Source: an uncultured Solirubrobacterales bacterium
GTDB taxonomy: Bacteria; Actinomycetota; Thermoleophilia; Solirubrobacterales; Solirubrobacteraceae
Assembly: GCA_963787605.1 (NCBI GenBank)
Contig: CAWBDC010000003.1
Coordinates: 307,804-371,803, forward strand
DNA: 64,000 nt
Reading direction: 5' to 3'
Shown: positions 48,941 to 59,696 of the stretch, one piece after another
Numbering within the stretch: position 1 is the stretch's first letter
Layout of the letters: each line of letters starts with the position of its first letter
Notes under the pieces: generated by a model
What the model was told of the DNA's origin: nothing
Database searches by the model: none
The model's input: only the letters and a program-made list of their open reading frames with translations
Position numbers and translations under genes: made by a program

Positions 48941-49459
48941 ATGGAGCTCGAGCAGGCTATTCGCACGCGCCGCACCCACAAGGCCTTCGGCCCCGAGGCG
49001 CTCGACGCCGAGACGCTGGAGAGCCTTTTCGACCTTGCTCGCTGGGCCCCCAACCACCACCTCACCAACCCGTGGCGATTCCGCGTTCTCGGCGCACGCA
49101 CGCGCGAGCGGCTGATGCAGCTGGCGGAGTCCAAACAGCCGGGCGCGGCCGTCAAGCTGCGTCGGGCCCCCACCCTGGTCGCCGTCACGGCGCAGCTCAC
49201 AGGAGAGCTGTCTCAGGATCGCGAGGATCTGCTCGCGAGCGCGGTCGCCGCCTACATAGTGCTGCTGGGCGCGCACTCGCGAGGCCTGGCGGGCTATTGG
49301 CGATCGGTCGCGCTACTCGACGAGCATCAGGGGCGCGCGGTCCTGGGGCTCTCGGCGCAGGAGACGCCCGTCGGGCTGCTCTATCTCGGCCGACCCGTCC
49401 AGGAGCAGCGCGTGCCCGAGCGCGCGCCTGCCGCAGAGATCGTCAGCTATCTCGATTGA
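48941..49459 (+). CDS. Nitroreductase family protein
   Basis: IRTRRTHKAF, WAPNHHLTNPWRF, GLAGYWRS. Confidence 0.9.
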   Translation: MELEQAIRTRRTHKAFGPEALDAETLESLFDLARWAPNHHLTNPWRFRVLGARTRERLMQLAESKQPGAAVKLRRAPTLVAVTAQLTGELSQDREDLLASAVAAYIVLLGAHSRGLAGYWRSVALLDEHQGRAVLGLSAQETPVGLLYLGRPVQEQRVPERAPAAEIVSYLD

Positions 49460-49581
49460 GCCTGACATCTCTTTCGCGGGACCACGCGCTCTCCGGCGCC
49501 GGCAACGCCCCGACCTCTCTGCGGAAGTCTCTCGATGTTGTCATTCGACGCTAACGTTAGTCATCGCTTATACTATTGGTC

Positions 49582-49911
49582 ATGGAAGCCGTTCTCCGCG
49601 CGATCGCCGAGCCTCGCCGGCGCAAGATCCTCCAGCTCGTCAGCTCGCAGGAGCTGAGCGCCGGGGAAATCGCCGCGTGCTTCGAGGTCACGCGCCCGGC
49701 GATCTCCCAGCATCTGACCGTGCTCAAGCACGCCGGGCTGGTCGTCGAAAGGCGAGAGGGCACACGCCGGATCTATCGCGCTCGGCCTGACGGGCTGGCC
49801 GAGCTGCGGGGCTTCCTTGACGAGTTCTGGGCCACCGGGCTCGACCGCCTGAAGAGCGCGGCCGAGCAAGCTGAGCAAACAGAGAAAACAGAGAAAGGAC
49901 GCACACGATGA
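49582..49911 (+). CDS. ArsR/SmtB family regulator
   Basis: AIAEPRRRKIL, TRPAISQHLTVLK; TATACT -10 seven nt before ATG. Confidence 0.92.
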   Translation: MEAVLRAIAEPRRRKILQLVSSQELSAGEIAACFEVTRPAISQHLTVLKHAGLVVERREGTRRIYRARPDGLAELRGFLDEFWATGLDRLKSAAEQAEQTEKTEKGRTR

Positions 49912-50410
49912 CGCCCACCACTGGGACGAGCGCGATCGAGCGGGAGGTCCGTATCGAGGCGCGACCGGAGACGATCTTCCCGTTCCTCACCGACCCCGAG
50001 CTGTTCGGGCGCTGGAGCGGCGTCGCGACGCTCGATCCCAGGCCGGGCGGCATCTTTCGCAGCGACGTCGACGGCAAGAACATCGCCCGCGGCGAGTACG
50101 TCACGGTCGACCCACCCGCAGCGTGACGTTCACCTGGGGCTGGGAGGCCGAGGACAGTCCCGTTCCACCGGGATCTTCGACCGTTCACATCACCCTCGTC
50201 CCGGACGGCGATCATACGATCGTGCGCCTCGTCCACAGCGACCTGCCGAGCGGCGAGTCGGCCGAGTCCCATGGCGCAGGCTGGGATCACTACCTCGAGC
50301 GTCTGCGCGTCGTGGCCGCCGGCGGCGACCCCGGGCCCGACTCGTGGGCGGTGCGAGCGGTCGTCGGAGATGAGGCAAACGCAACGAGCGGCCCGGCGGA
50401 TCCGAGCTGA
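49908..50410 (+). CDS. SRPBCC/AHA1 domain protein (frameshift near 50120)
   Basis: IEREVRIEARPETIF, FTWGWE, HGAGWDHYLERL. Confidence 0.88.
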
Positions 50411-50477
50411 GCTGAGCTGAACGGACTTCACCTGCAGCACGCAGCATCGAGCAGATCAAACAACCCAAGGAGAATCG

Positions 50478-50792
50478 ATGGCGAACTACGCACTGGCATA
50501 CAAGGGCGGCCAGATGGCCGAAACCGACGAGGAGCGCGAGCGGGTGATGGCCGCCTGGGGCGAGTGGATGGGAGCCCTCGGCTCTGCGCTCGTGGATATG
50601 GGCAACCCGTTCGGCGCCTCGGCGACCGTCACCAACGGTGGCACGGTCAGCGACGGCGCCGCCTCGGCGCTGACCGGCTACTCGATCCTCGACGCCGACA
50701 GCCTCGCCGCGGCGACGGAGCTCGCGAAGGGCTGTCCGGTCCTCGCAAGCGGTGGCACTGTCGAGGTCTACGAAACGATCAAAGTCATGTAA
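50478..50792 (+). CDS. YciI-like protein
   Basis: AAWGEW, GNPFG, LTGYSIL, AKGCP, VEVYE. Confidence 0.85.
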   Translation: MANYALAYKGGQMAETDEERERVMAAWGEWMGALGSALVDMGNPFGASATVTNGGTVSDGAASALTGYSILDADSLAAATELAKGCPVLASGGTVEVYETIKVM

Positions 50793-50840
50793 CCGGGTCG
50801 GTCCAGCACGGACACCATCGGCAAGAGGCACGCCGGGCGC

Positions 50841-50871
50841 TTGAGACAGGTTCTGCTTTGAGACAGGTTCT
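50841..50871. repeat. Tandem 14-bp direct repeat TTGAGACAGGTTCT
   Basis: Copies at 50841-54 and 50858-71. Confidence 0.85.
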
Positions 50872-50899
50872 TCGGGCTCTTGACATACTGCGCCCGGCG

Positions 50900-51685
50900 A
50901 TGCGCCGAATGACCGTTACCCTTGCGCTCCTCGCCTCAGGAGCGCTCCTCGGCGCGTGCGGGCGCAGCAATCCCACCGCTGTCTCCACTGTGACGGTCAC
51001 GACGGCGACGAGCGGGTCGCACACCGGGACCCAGGCGACGCCGCCGGCCGCGCGCGGCGGGTCGCCGGCCAAGACGCAGGCGCTGGCGTTCGCCCACGCG
51101 GTCAATCTGACCGCCGCGGACGTGCCCGGCTTCAAGCCGACCACCGAACATCACAGCGAAACCGCGATCGAAAAGCGCCGCGAGCGCGAACTGCAAGGTT
51201 GCGCCGGCGTAGGCTTGGAAGCAGGCCAGAGCGTCACCCAGGAGAGCTCGCCCGACTTCAAGCTCGAGCACGGCATCCTCGACCTGAGCGTCAACTCCGA
51301 AGTCAGCGTCGCGCGCACGCCGGCGCTCGCAGCCAAGGAGCTCGCGACGATCCGCTCCAGTCATTTCCGCGCATGCCTCACCAAATACCTCGACCTGCTC
51401 TTCGGCGAACAGGATCGCCCAGGCACCACCGTAGGACCGATCTCGATCGTGCAGGGCACTCCCCCAGCGCCCGGCGCGAGCGGCAGCTTCGGCTGGCGGA
51501 TCACCGCGACGATCACCGCGCGCGGGATCAAACTGCCGTTCTACCAGGACATGCTCGGCTTCGTCTACGGCTCCGCCGAGATCTCGCTTGTAAGCTCCGG
51601 CGCGCTGCGACCGTTTCCGGCGGCGGTCGAGCAGCAGCTGTTCACACTGCTGCTCGACCGTGCCAAGGCGCACCCCAAGCAGTAG
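50900..51685 (+). CDS. Putative lipoprotein of unknown function
   Basis: Lipobox LLGAC, Thr-rich linker, two Cys (QGC, RAC). Confidence 0.75.
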   Translation: MRRMTVTLALLASGALLGACGRSNPTAVSTVTVTTATSGSHTGTQATPPAARGGSPAKTQALAFAHAVNLTAADVPGFKPTTEHHSETAIEKRRERELQGCAGVGLEAGQSVTQESSPDFKLEHGILDLSVNSEVSVARTPALAAKELATIRSSHFRACLTKYLDLLFGEQDRPGTTVGPISIVQGTPPAPGASGSFGWRITATITARGIKLPFYQDMLGFVYGSAEISLVSSGALRPFPAAVEQQLFTLLLDRAKAHPKQ

Positions 51686-51752
51686 TAGCCGTGGGTCCCA
51701 CTCGGACGAAAAGACAGTTGGATTCCTCGCAAAATGCGTTAATCTCCGCGGG

Positions 51753-52976
51753 ATGCGAGCGCATTCCGATAACACGAAACCGGACGATCGGCGTTTCTCT
51801 GTACATGCCCCCCACTCCGGCGCAGGTCCCATCCGCCGACGGTTGCGCATGCCGCGCGCCAAAGCGATCGCGGTCGGCGTCGCGCTGGCCGTCGCGATCG
51901 CCGCGGCCGTCGTCGCTCTCGGGGGCGCCCGCCACGACGGCGGTCTGCTCTCCTCGGGCTCGGCCAGCGCGGCATCCCCCGCGACGCCGGCGGCGCCCCT
52001 GCCCCCCACTCGCCTGCTGGCCCTGCCGCCGCGCACGATCGCCAATGGCACCCAGCCGCTTACCGTAACCCTCTCCGGCCCCCCTGCGTCCAACTCGCCC
52101 GTGCCGATGCTCAGACCCGCTGTCGCGGGCGCGTGGGCCACGGCCGGCAACTCCACCGTCTTCACCCCCACCTCCACCCTGCAGCCCTGCTCGACTTACA
52201 CGCTCACGGTTTGGTCCGGCACGATCGCCGTCGGCCACTCGCCGCTCGGCAAACGCCAGACGATTGCGCTGCATGTCGCCTGCCCGCCGGTCGCCGGGTT
52301 GCAGCAGGCGCTGGCTCGCCTCGGCTACATGGGCGCCGCCTTCCACCCGCTCTACGACGTCCACATCGCGTCTGGCCCCGAGACACGCCGCGAAGCCGCC
52401 GAACACGCGTTTCATCCGCCGCGCGGCGCGCTCGTCTCCGACCCCTCCGACGCGCCCGCGATCGAGTCCGGGCAGCTGGACGAGACGACCAAAGGCGCTC
52501 TCACGGTCTACCAGTCCGATCGCGGCCTCGCGGCGACCGGCGAACCCAACTACGCCACCTGGGCCTCGCTGCTCGCCTCCGAGACTGTCTACCGCCGTGC
52601 TCCCCACCCGTACACGTGGGTAACTGTGACCGAGTCCTCGCCCGAGACGCTCCGCGTGCACGTCGGCGACCGGGTCGCGTTCAGCACGCCCGCCAACACC
52701 GGCGTGCCAGGCGCCGAAACGGCACAGGGGATCTTCCCGATCTACTCGCGACTGACGTCCACGACGATGAGCGGCGAAGACGTCGACGGGACCAAATACA
52801 AAGTCGAAGGCGTCCCCTGGGTCAACTACTTCAACGGCGGCGACGCCGTCCACGGCTATGAACGGGGCTCCTACGGATCTCCCCAGTCCAACGGCTGCGT
52901 CGAGCTGCCGATCGCCGCGGCGCACACCGTCTACGGCATGCTCGCCCTCGGCGACATCGTCGACGTCGAGGGCTGA
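51753..52976 (+). CDS. L,D-transpeptidase with Ig-like and peptidoglycan-binding regions
   Basis: LQQALARLGY, VYQSDRGLAATG, YFNGGDAVHG...SNGCVEL; TAATCT -10 seven nt before ATG. Confidence 0.88.
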   Translation: MRAHSDNTKPDDRRFSVHAPHSGAGPIRRRLRMPRAKAIAVGVALAVAIAAAVVALGGARHDGGLLSSGSASAASPATPAAPLPPTRLLALPPRTIANGTQPLTVTLSGPPASNSPVPMLRPAVAGAWATAGNSTVFTPTSTLQPCSTYTLTVWSGTIAVGHSPLGKRQTIALHVACPPVAGLQQALARLGYMGAAFHPLYDVHIASGPETRREAAEHAFHPPRGALVSDPSDAPAIESGQLDETTKGALTVYQSDRGLAATGEPNYATWASLLASETVYRRAPHPYTWVTVTESSPETLRVHVGDRVAFSTPANTGVPGAETAQGIFPIYSRLTSTTMSGEDVDGTKYKVEGVPWVNYFNGGDAVHGYERGSYGSPQSNGCVELPIAAAHTVYGMLALGDIVDVEG

Positions 52977-53069
52977 GCGGCTCGACCGCCGCTGCAATGG
53001 CACGCGTGCGGTCCGCGTGCTCGGCGAATCGTCAACTCGAGGCGGCTTGCGCCGGCCGTGTCATGGCCC

Positions 53070-53742
53070 TCAAAAGCCCTCAAGCGGCGCGCGCAGGGCT
53101 GCGAGCGTATCCGCGTAGATGCGCTGCTTGATCGTCTGAAACGTCGCCGGGTCCTTGTCGGCGAGCGCCGCCGCCCGAGCGATCGCGCGCGGCAGGACCT
53201 GATCCTCGGCGACCGCCTCCTCGACGATGCCTGCACGCACGGCCTCCTCTCCCCCGTAGCGCTTGCCCGTCGTCATCGCCTCGTGCGCCGTGCGGCTCGG
53301 CAGCCGCGATGCGATCAGCGCCGTCATCCCTGGGGTGAACGGGATCTTGATGTCGATCTCCGGCAGGCAGAAATAGCCGCGATCGGCGCGCATGGCGCGC
53401 TCGTCGTGGGCGAGCGCGAGCATCGCCCCACCCGCGAACGTGTGCCCCTGCAGCGCCGCCACACACGGCACGCCAAGCTCGAGCACGCGTGCCAGCAGCT
53501 CGTTCAGGCGCGTCACGAACGGTCCCCACCCCCTCGCGCCTGCGCGCCCAGCCAGTCGAGATCGAGCCCGATCGACCAGAACTTGCCTGTCGCAGTCGTT
53601 ACCAGCGCGCGCGGCGCGGGGGCCCTTCGACCTCGGTGAGATGGCCCTCGATCGCTGTCAGCGAATCGCCGTTGAAGCGGTTCTCGCCATCGCCTAGATC
53701 GAGCACGAACACATCGCCGTCGCGGGTCAGGGTGGACGTCAT
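53070..53742 (-). CDS. Enoyl-CoA hydratase/isomerase (frameshifted)
   Basis: GDGENRFN, AALQGHTFAGG, FCLPEIDI, TGKRYGG. Confidence 0.9.
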
Positions 53743-53882
53743 CCGGGTTCTCCTTGGTCAGGGATGGGCTCGCGCATCATGACGATCTCAATGCCGGCTG
53801 GTGTCGTGACCGGCTTGGCTACGGTCGGACGCAGCTACGCGCCCACGCGTCTCCCACAAATTTCGGCCGTCGTCCTACGCGC

Positions 53883-55938
53883 TCACGCCTCTTGCGCAGC
53901 CGAAACGCGCTCGCCACGCCAGGGCAGGTCCCTGCCTGGCCGCCACCAGTTGAGCTCGCCCAGCAGCGCGACGGTGGCGGGCACCAGCAGGCCGCGCACG
54001 ACCGTCACGTCGAGCACGATCGCGAGCCCCATGCCGACACCAAGCTCCTGGAACGGCACGAGCGGCGAGACCGCGAACGAGAAGAACACCACTCCCATCG
54101 TGATCCCCGCGAGCGTGATCGAGCGCGAGGAGCCGATCAGCGCGCGCTTCAGGCTCGCCGTGTTGCTTTCGCCTTCGCGATGGTGCTCGCGCACGCGTGA
54201 CAGCAGGAACACCTCGTAGTCGGTCGACAGCCCGAAGATCGTCGCGAACAGGAACAGCGGCACGAAGTAGCCGATGTCGCCAGTCCCGCGGAAGCAGAAC
54301 GTCATGATCCCGAGCCAGCCGACACCGACAAAAGCGTCGTCAGCGCGGCCTTCAGCGCGATCAGCGGCGCCGCGAAGATGACCGTCAGCACGAGGATCTC
54401 GGCGAGCAGCACCACCAGCACGACCAGCGGCGTGCGTTCGTTGATGCGGCTGATCAAATCGAGTCCGACCGCGGTCGCGCCGCCGACGACGGCCTGGGAG
54501 CCGTACTCCCGGCCCAGCGTCGCGCGCAGGTCACGCACGATCGTGTCCGCCTTCGTGCTGTCTCCATACGCGTCGAGCGTGGCCGACATTCGCACCCACC
54601 CCCGCGCGCCGAGCTCCGCTGGGCCGACCTCAACGACGCCGGGCTGGGCCGCGAGCAGCGCTCTCAGCCTTGCCGGCGGTCCGTGCGCGATCACGATCGC
54701 CGGTGTTCCGGCGCCCGGTCCGAAGCTGTCAGAGACCTGCCCGGTCGCGACTCGCACAGGGTCTGAGCTCGGCAGCACGCTGATCGACTTCAGCGTGATG
54801 TGCATGCCTCCGATCGGCACTGACAGCACGAGCATGATCGGTACCACCGTCGCCACCACTGCGACCCGTCGACGCACGACGAAGTCGGCGAGCCTGTGCC
54901 AGAACCGGCCATTCCGGGCGGCGTTCACCGCCACTTTGATCGAGAGCCGATCGAGTCGCCCGCCGAGCAGCACGAGCGCGGCCGGGGTCATCGTCAGGGC
55001 CGCGGCGACCGCGATCAGCGCCGCTCCGATCGCGCCCGTGGCCAGCGACTCGAACACGCCGAGCCCCGTCACGTACAGCCCCGCGAGCGCTGTGGCGACC
55101 GTCAGACCGGAGACCGTGATCCGCGGCCCGTCGTCTGCAGCGCCTCGGTTATCGCCTGCTCGATCGTTGTGCCCTCACGCGCCATCGCCTCGCGCACGCG
55201 CGTGACCATGAACAGCGAGAAGTCGATGCTCAGGCCCAGGCCGAGCACGAGCACGGTGTCCTCGACGAACACGCTCAGCTGCACCATGTATGACAGCAGG
55301 TACAGAAAGCCGAACGTCACGCCCACGCACACCGCCGCGAGGCCCAGCGGCAGCACCGCCGCCGTCAGCGACAGGAACGCGACAAGCAGGATCGCGAGCG
55401 TCACCGGGAACGAGATCAGCGAGGAGGTCTGCAAGCTCTTCTTCGACTGCACCATGTAGCGCTGATAGATGCCACTTTCGCCGACCAGCAGCGCCTTTGC
55501 GGATGTCAGCTTGGCGCCCGCGAGCGCCGTGTCGACGTCCGGCACGCGCGTCTGGGCGTAGCCGACGCTGCCGGCGAACGCCACCGGCAGCAGCGCCGCG
55601 CGGCCGTTCGTCGAGATCGTCGGCGGACCCACCTGCTTGACGCCCTTGACGGAGCGCGCCGTCTGAGCCGCGAGCGCGACATCGCCCGCCGACACTCTCG
55701 GTGCCCCGTGCGCGGCCAGCACCGACAGATACGCCTGCGGCACGGCCGATCGCTTGAACAGGCGTTCTCCCAGCGCGGCCGCTCGCTGGGATTGCGATCC
55801 GGAGGCCACATAGCCACCGTTCTGCACCCGGTCGCTCAATTTCGCCGCGAACCCGCCGCTGAGCAGCAGCACCACCAGCCAGAATCCCAGGATCTTTCTG
55901 GGATTGCGCAGTACGAACCTGGCCAGCGCGGTCATCAT
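53883..55938 (-). CDS. MMPL/RND family transporter (frameshifts near 55130 and 54300)
   Basis: GLGLSIDFSLFMVTR, FGLSTDYEVFLLSR, DVTVVRGLLVPA. Confidence 0.92.
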
Positions 55939-56019
55939 CGAGACTCTTATCCCCGCGCCGCCGGCTGCTTGAAATGAGCGTTCGTCGTAGCGATACGCAC
56001 ATTCTTTTGCCTGCTCTTA

Positions 56020-56045
56020 AGTCTATGTGTGCGTTTGCGCACACA
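56020..56045 (-). promoter_or_regulatory. Palindrome abutting a -10 element upstream of MMPL gene
   Basis: TGTGTGCG-TTTG-CGCACACA (56026-45) directly 5' of TAGACT on the minus strand. Confidence 0.5.
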
Positions 56046-56148
56046 CACGGTGGGCGAGCAAGCTATGGAGACGGGTTCGCCTCAGAGCACTGCTCGCGCC
56101 CAGCGCGAAGCCTTTCGTGACCAAGGGCGCGCCGCCCGGCGGCACGCC

Positions 56149-56658
56149 CTACTTGACCGTCAGCGTGCCTTCCATCCCGGCCATTCGGTGGCCTGGAACC
56201 GAGCAGTAGAACTTGTAGGTGCCGGGTTTGAGGTTCAGCGAGACCGTCTTCGAGCTGCCCTGAAAAGTCGGCGTGGCGCCCACGACTGCGCCTGAGGACG
56301 AGGCGATCGTCACGTTGTGGCCGAGCGGCGCTGTGTTCGCGAAGTCGATCGACACCTTGCCGGCTTTGGCGCTGAGCGAGGTCGTGTTGTATTTCAGCTG
56401 GCCTTCCGGGTTCGCTTCCAGGCTGAGCTTCTGTTCGGCCCCTTCGCTGCTCGCGGGCGCCGGGGTCGACGAGGCGGCGGAGCTCGACGTCTTCGGTGTT
56501 TCGGCTGCGCTTGTCGGCGTCGCCGCGGAGGAGCTCGTGCTGTTCGACGAGCCGCCGCAACCGGCCATGGCGAGCAGGCCGACGGCCAGCGTCAGCGCCG
56601 AGACCTTGGGCATGGAGCTTTGCGTCTTCAAGAGATCTGCTGCTGCTTTGAGCCTCAC
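56149..56658 (-). CDS. Plastocyanin/azurin-like copper-binding lipoprotein
   Basis: Lipobox MAGC; GHNV, YKFYCSVPGHRMAGM type-1 Cu ligands. Confidence 0.92.
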   Translation of the reverse strand: MRLKAAADLLKTQSSMPKVSALTLAVGLLAMAGCGGSSNSTSSSAATPTSAAETPKTSSSAASSTPAPASSEGAEQKLSLEANPEGQLKYNTTSLSAKAGKVSIDFANTAPLGHNVTIASSSGAVVGATPTFQGSSKTVSLNLKPGTYKFYCSVPGHRMAGMEGTLTVK

Positions 56659-56784
56659 GGTCGATCCTCCGTTGTCGGGGCCATCGGTCGGTAGGACGCC
56701 GCCTGCGGCGGATCCTTCCCGGTATACAGGCGATCGACGTTGTCGCGCTGCTCGGGTTCATGGTTTGCGGTGCCGCCGCCGCGA

Positions 56785-57057
56785 TCACGCCGTCAGGCTG
56801 AGCGTGACCTCATCGATGAAGCACCAGCTCCAGGCCTCGCCGGGCTCGGCCGAGCGGACGATCGGGTGTCCGCTCGCATGGTGATGCGCGGTCGCGTGAC
56901 GGCCCGGCGAGCTGTCGCAGCAGCCGATATGACCGCAGGTCTGGCACATCCGTAGATGCACCCAGCGACCGCCGTTCGCAAGGCACTCCTCGCAGCCGGC
57001 GATCTCCGGCGGCAGCTCGAGCAGCTGCACCTGATCGACGTGGCTGCACACGGCCAT
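56785..57057 (-). CDS. UBP-type zinc finger protein
   Basis: CSH, CEEC, HLRMCQTCGHIGCCDSS..HATAH; TACACT -10 seven nt before ATG. Confidence 0.92.
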   Translation of the reverse strand: MAVCSHVDQVQLLELPPEIAGCEECLANGGRWVHLRMCQTCGHIGCCDSSPGRHATAHHHASGHPIVRSAEPGEAWSWCFIDEVTLSLTA

Positions 57058-57073
57058 GGGGCTCAGTGTAGGG

Positions 57074-58493
57074 CTATTGAGCGAGCTCCGGCCGCTCGGC
57101 CGGCTCGGTGTGGATGACCACGTCGGCGATGTCCGGGATCCGCTGGCGCAGCTCCTCCTCGAGCTCGCTCGCCAGCCGGTGGGCGTCGACAGCGACTCGC
57201 CGGCGTCGACGCCGAGCGTGAGGAAGACGACACGCCCGGCGTCGGTCGAGAGCAGCTTGACTCGCTCGGCGGCTGCGCGTGCCGGTCGCGCTCGCGCACG
57301 AGGCGCTCGATCTCGCGCGTCGGCGTGGCGCGTCGGCGCGGCCGTCGACCGGTCGCGCGCCGCGAGCGTGCGCTCGAGCGGCTCGAGGTGGGTCTGCACG
57401 TCCGCCACGCCGGGCCGCGCGCAGATCGCCCGCTCGACGCGCTCGGCGATCTGCGTGCGCCTGCCTGCAGGTCGAGGTCGGCGGGGAACTTCAGGTGCAG
57501 CGAGACGCTGACCGACTCCGCCTGCTCGAAGATCGTGATGTCGTGCGCCTCCATCACCAGCGGCTCGGCCAGCGCGATCGCGAGCACCCGGTCGCGCAGG
57601 TCGAGCCCGCGGCGGCGCGGCTCGACGTGCACGACGACGTCGCTGCCGGGCAGCGCGCCCTCGACCGCCGCCTCGATCAGGTCGCCGCCTGATGGCCCTC
57701 GACGACCGCCTGCCCGGGCGGCACGGCGACGACGACGTCGGCGAAGTAGCGCCCGGCGGACTCGCGCAGGCGCAGCCGGCTCAGCTCGATGTCGGCGCCG
57801 AGCGCGCGATCGCGCGCTCGGCGGCCTCGCGCGCCTCCGCCGGCGTGCGGTCCATCAGCACGTTCGCGTTCTCGGCGATCAGCCGCACGGCGGCGGCGAA
57901 GATGATCGCCGCGACGACCAGCGCCGCGACCGAGTCGCCTTGGGCGAAGCCCGCCGCGCACGAGCAGCAGTCCGACGAGCACCGCGAGCGAGCCCGCCAT
58001 GTCGCCGGCGAAGTGAAAGGCGTTGGAGCGCAGCGCGGCGCTGGCGTAGCGCCGGGCGGCGCGCAGCGAGACGATCGTGCGGCTGAGGTCGACGACGAGC
58101 GCGACCGCGATCACCGCGAACTGGTACCAGTGGGTGTCGGCGGCCGCTCGGCGCCGTGAGCAGATGGCCGATCGCTTCGACCGCGACGAACACGCCCACC
58201 GGCCAGCAGGATCGCCGCCTCGCCCAGCGCGCCGAGGTTCTCGGCGCGGCGGTGGCCGTAGGGGTGCTCGGGGTCGGCGGGGCGCCCGCCGAGCCGCACC
58301 GCGAAGAACGTCAGCGACCGCGGCGATCACATCGCCGCTCGACTCGATCCCGGTGGAGATCAGCCCCAGGCTGCCGCGTCGCCAGGCCGACCCCCAGCTT
58401 CAGCGCCACGAGCAGCGCCGCCGCGGCGATCGAGACGAGCGTCGTGCGCCGCGGCGTGAGGATCTCCTCGCCGTCGTCCTCCTGCTGGACCAT
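57074..58493 (-). CDS. CDF metal transporter with duplicated C-terminal domains (many indels)
   Basis: ADPEHPYGHRRAEN, NAFHFAGDMAGS, two cytoplasmic domains (EGHQAA..VE and SLHL..P). Confidence 0.8.
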
Positions 58494-58540
58494 CGCTAGA
58501 GACTATGGCCCGTGGCGGGATGCGGCGTATCGTGAGATCG

Positions 58541-59482
58541 ATGTCCCACGACCACGCGTGGCCACGATCCACGGCGCCCACTCGCACGCCGTCGCCGCCG
58601 ACGCCGACCGCGGCAAGCTGGCGCGTCGCGCTGGGGCTGATCGTCGCGTTCATCGCCGTCGAGGTGCGGCGGGCGTCGTCGCGCACTCGCTCGCGCTGCT
58701 GTCCGACGCCGGGCACATGCTCACCGACGCCGCGGCGATCGGCTTCTCGCTGGTCGCGCTGCGGCTGGCCGCCCGCCCGGCCAAGGGCGCGATGACGTTC
58801 GGCTTCAAGCGCGTGGAGATCCTCTCCGCGCAGGCCAACGGCGTGACGCTGCTGATCCTCGCCGCGTTCATCGCCTACGAGGCCGTGCGCCGCCTGTTCG
58901 ACCCGCCGCTCGTGCGCGGCTGGCTGATCCTGGCCGTCGCGCTGGTCGGCGTCGCTCGTCAACCTCGCCGCCGCGCGGACGCTCGCGCGGGCCAACCGCC
59001 AGAGCCTGAACGTCGAGGGCTCCTTCCAGCACGTGCTGACCGACCTGTACGGCTTCATCGGCACGGCGATCGCCGCCGGGGTGATCCTGCTGACCGGCTT
59101 TCAGCGCGCCGACCCGATCGTCTCGCTGCTGATCGCCGCGCTGATGACGCGCTCGGGCATCTCGCTGGTGAAGGCGTCGGGGCGCATCTTCATGGAGGCC
59201 GCGCCGGAGGGCCTCGACCCGCAGGCGATCGGCGCGGCGCTCGTCGGCGTGCCGGGCGTCGTCGAGGTGCACGACCTGCACGTGTGGGAAATCACGAGCG
59301 GCTTTCCGGCGCTGTCAGCGCACGTGCTCGTCGGCGCCGACAGCGACTGCCACGCGGCGCGGCGCGAGATGGAGGCGATGCTGCACGAGCGCTTCGCGCT
59401 CGACCACACGACGCTGCAGGTCGATCATCGCGGCGGCGAGCTGCTGGACATCGCGCCGGCGCAACGACAAGCCGGCTATTGA
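58541..59482 (+). CDS. CDF zinc/cobalt/cadmium efflux transporter, CzcD/ZitB-like (indels)
   Basis: His-rich N-terminus, LLSDAGHMLTD, HVLTDL, VHDLHVW, HTTLQVD. Confidence 0.9.
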
Positions 59483-59634
59483 AAGACGTTGTAAGCGGGT
59501 AGAGCTTCGGCAAGCCTTTTGCGCTGCCCGCGGGTTGAGGCATCACGGACTTGGTCGTTTGTAGTAGTCCGGCGGGCAGGTGAGGCCGTACACAGTGTCG
59601 AACGAGTTCCCCGGAACCCCGCCCAGAAGAATAA

Positions 59635-59663
59635 TTGACAACGCAACTATCGCGGCGTATAAT
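59635..59663 (+). promoter_or_regulatory. Perfect consensus sigma-70 promoter
   Basis: TTGACA-17 nt-TATAAT, upstream of the sigma gene ATG at 59697. Confidence 0.85.
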
Positions 59664-59696
59664 TCCGACTCCAAGCATCGGATTAGAAGGACGCTC

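Noticed and set aside
56615-56780. c-di-GMP-I riboswitch-like words (GCAAACC and GACGCAAAGC) upstream of the cupredoxin gene
   Set aside because: The two motifs are far too distant, and the second lies inside the probable coding start.
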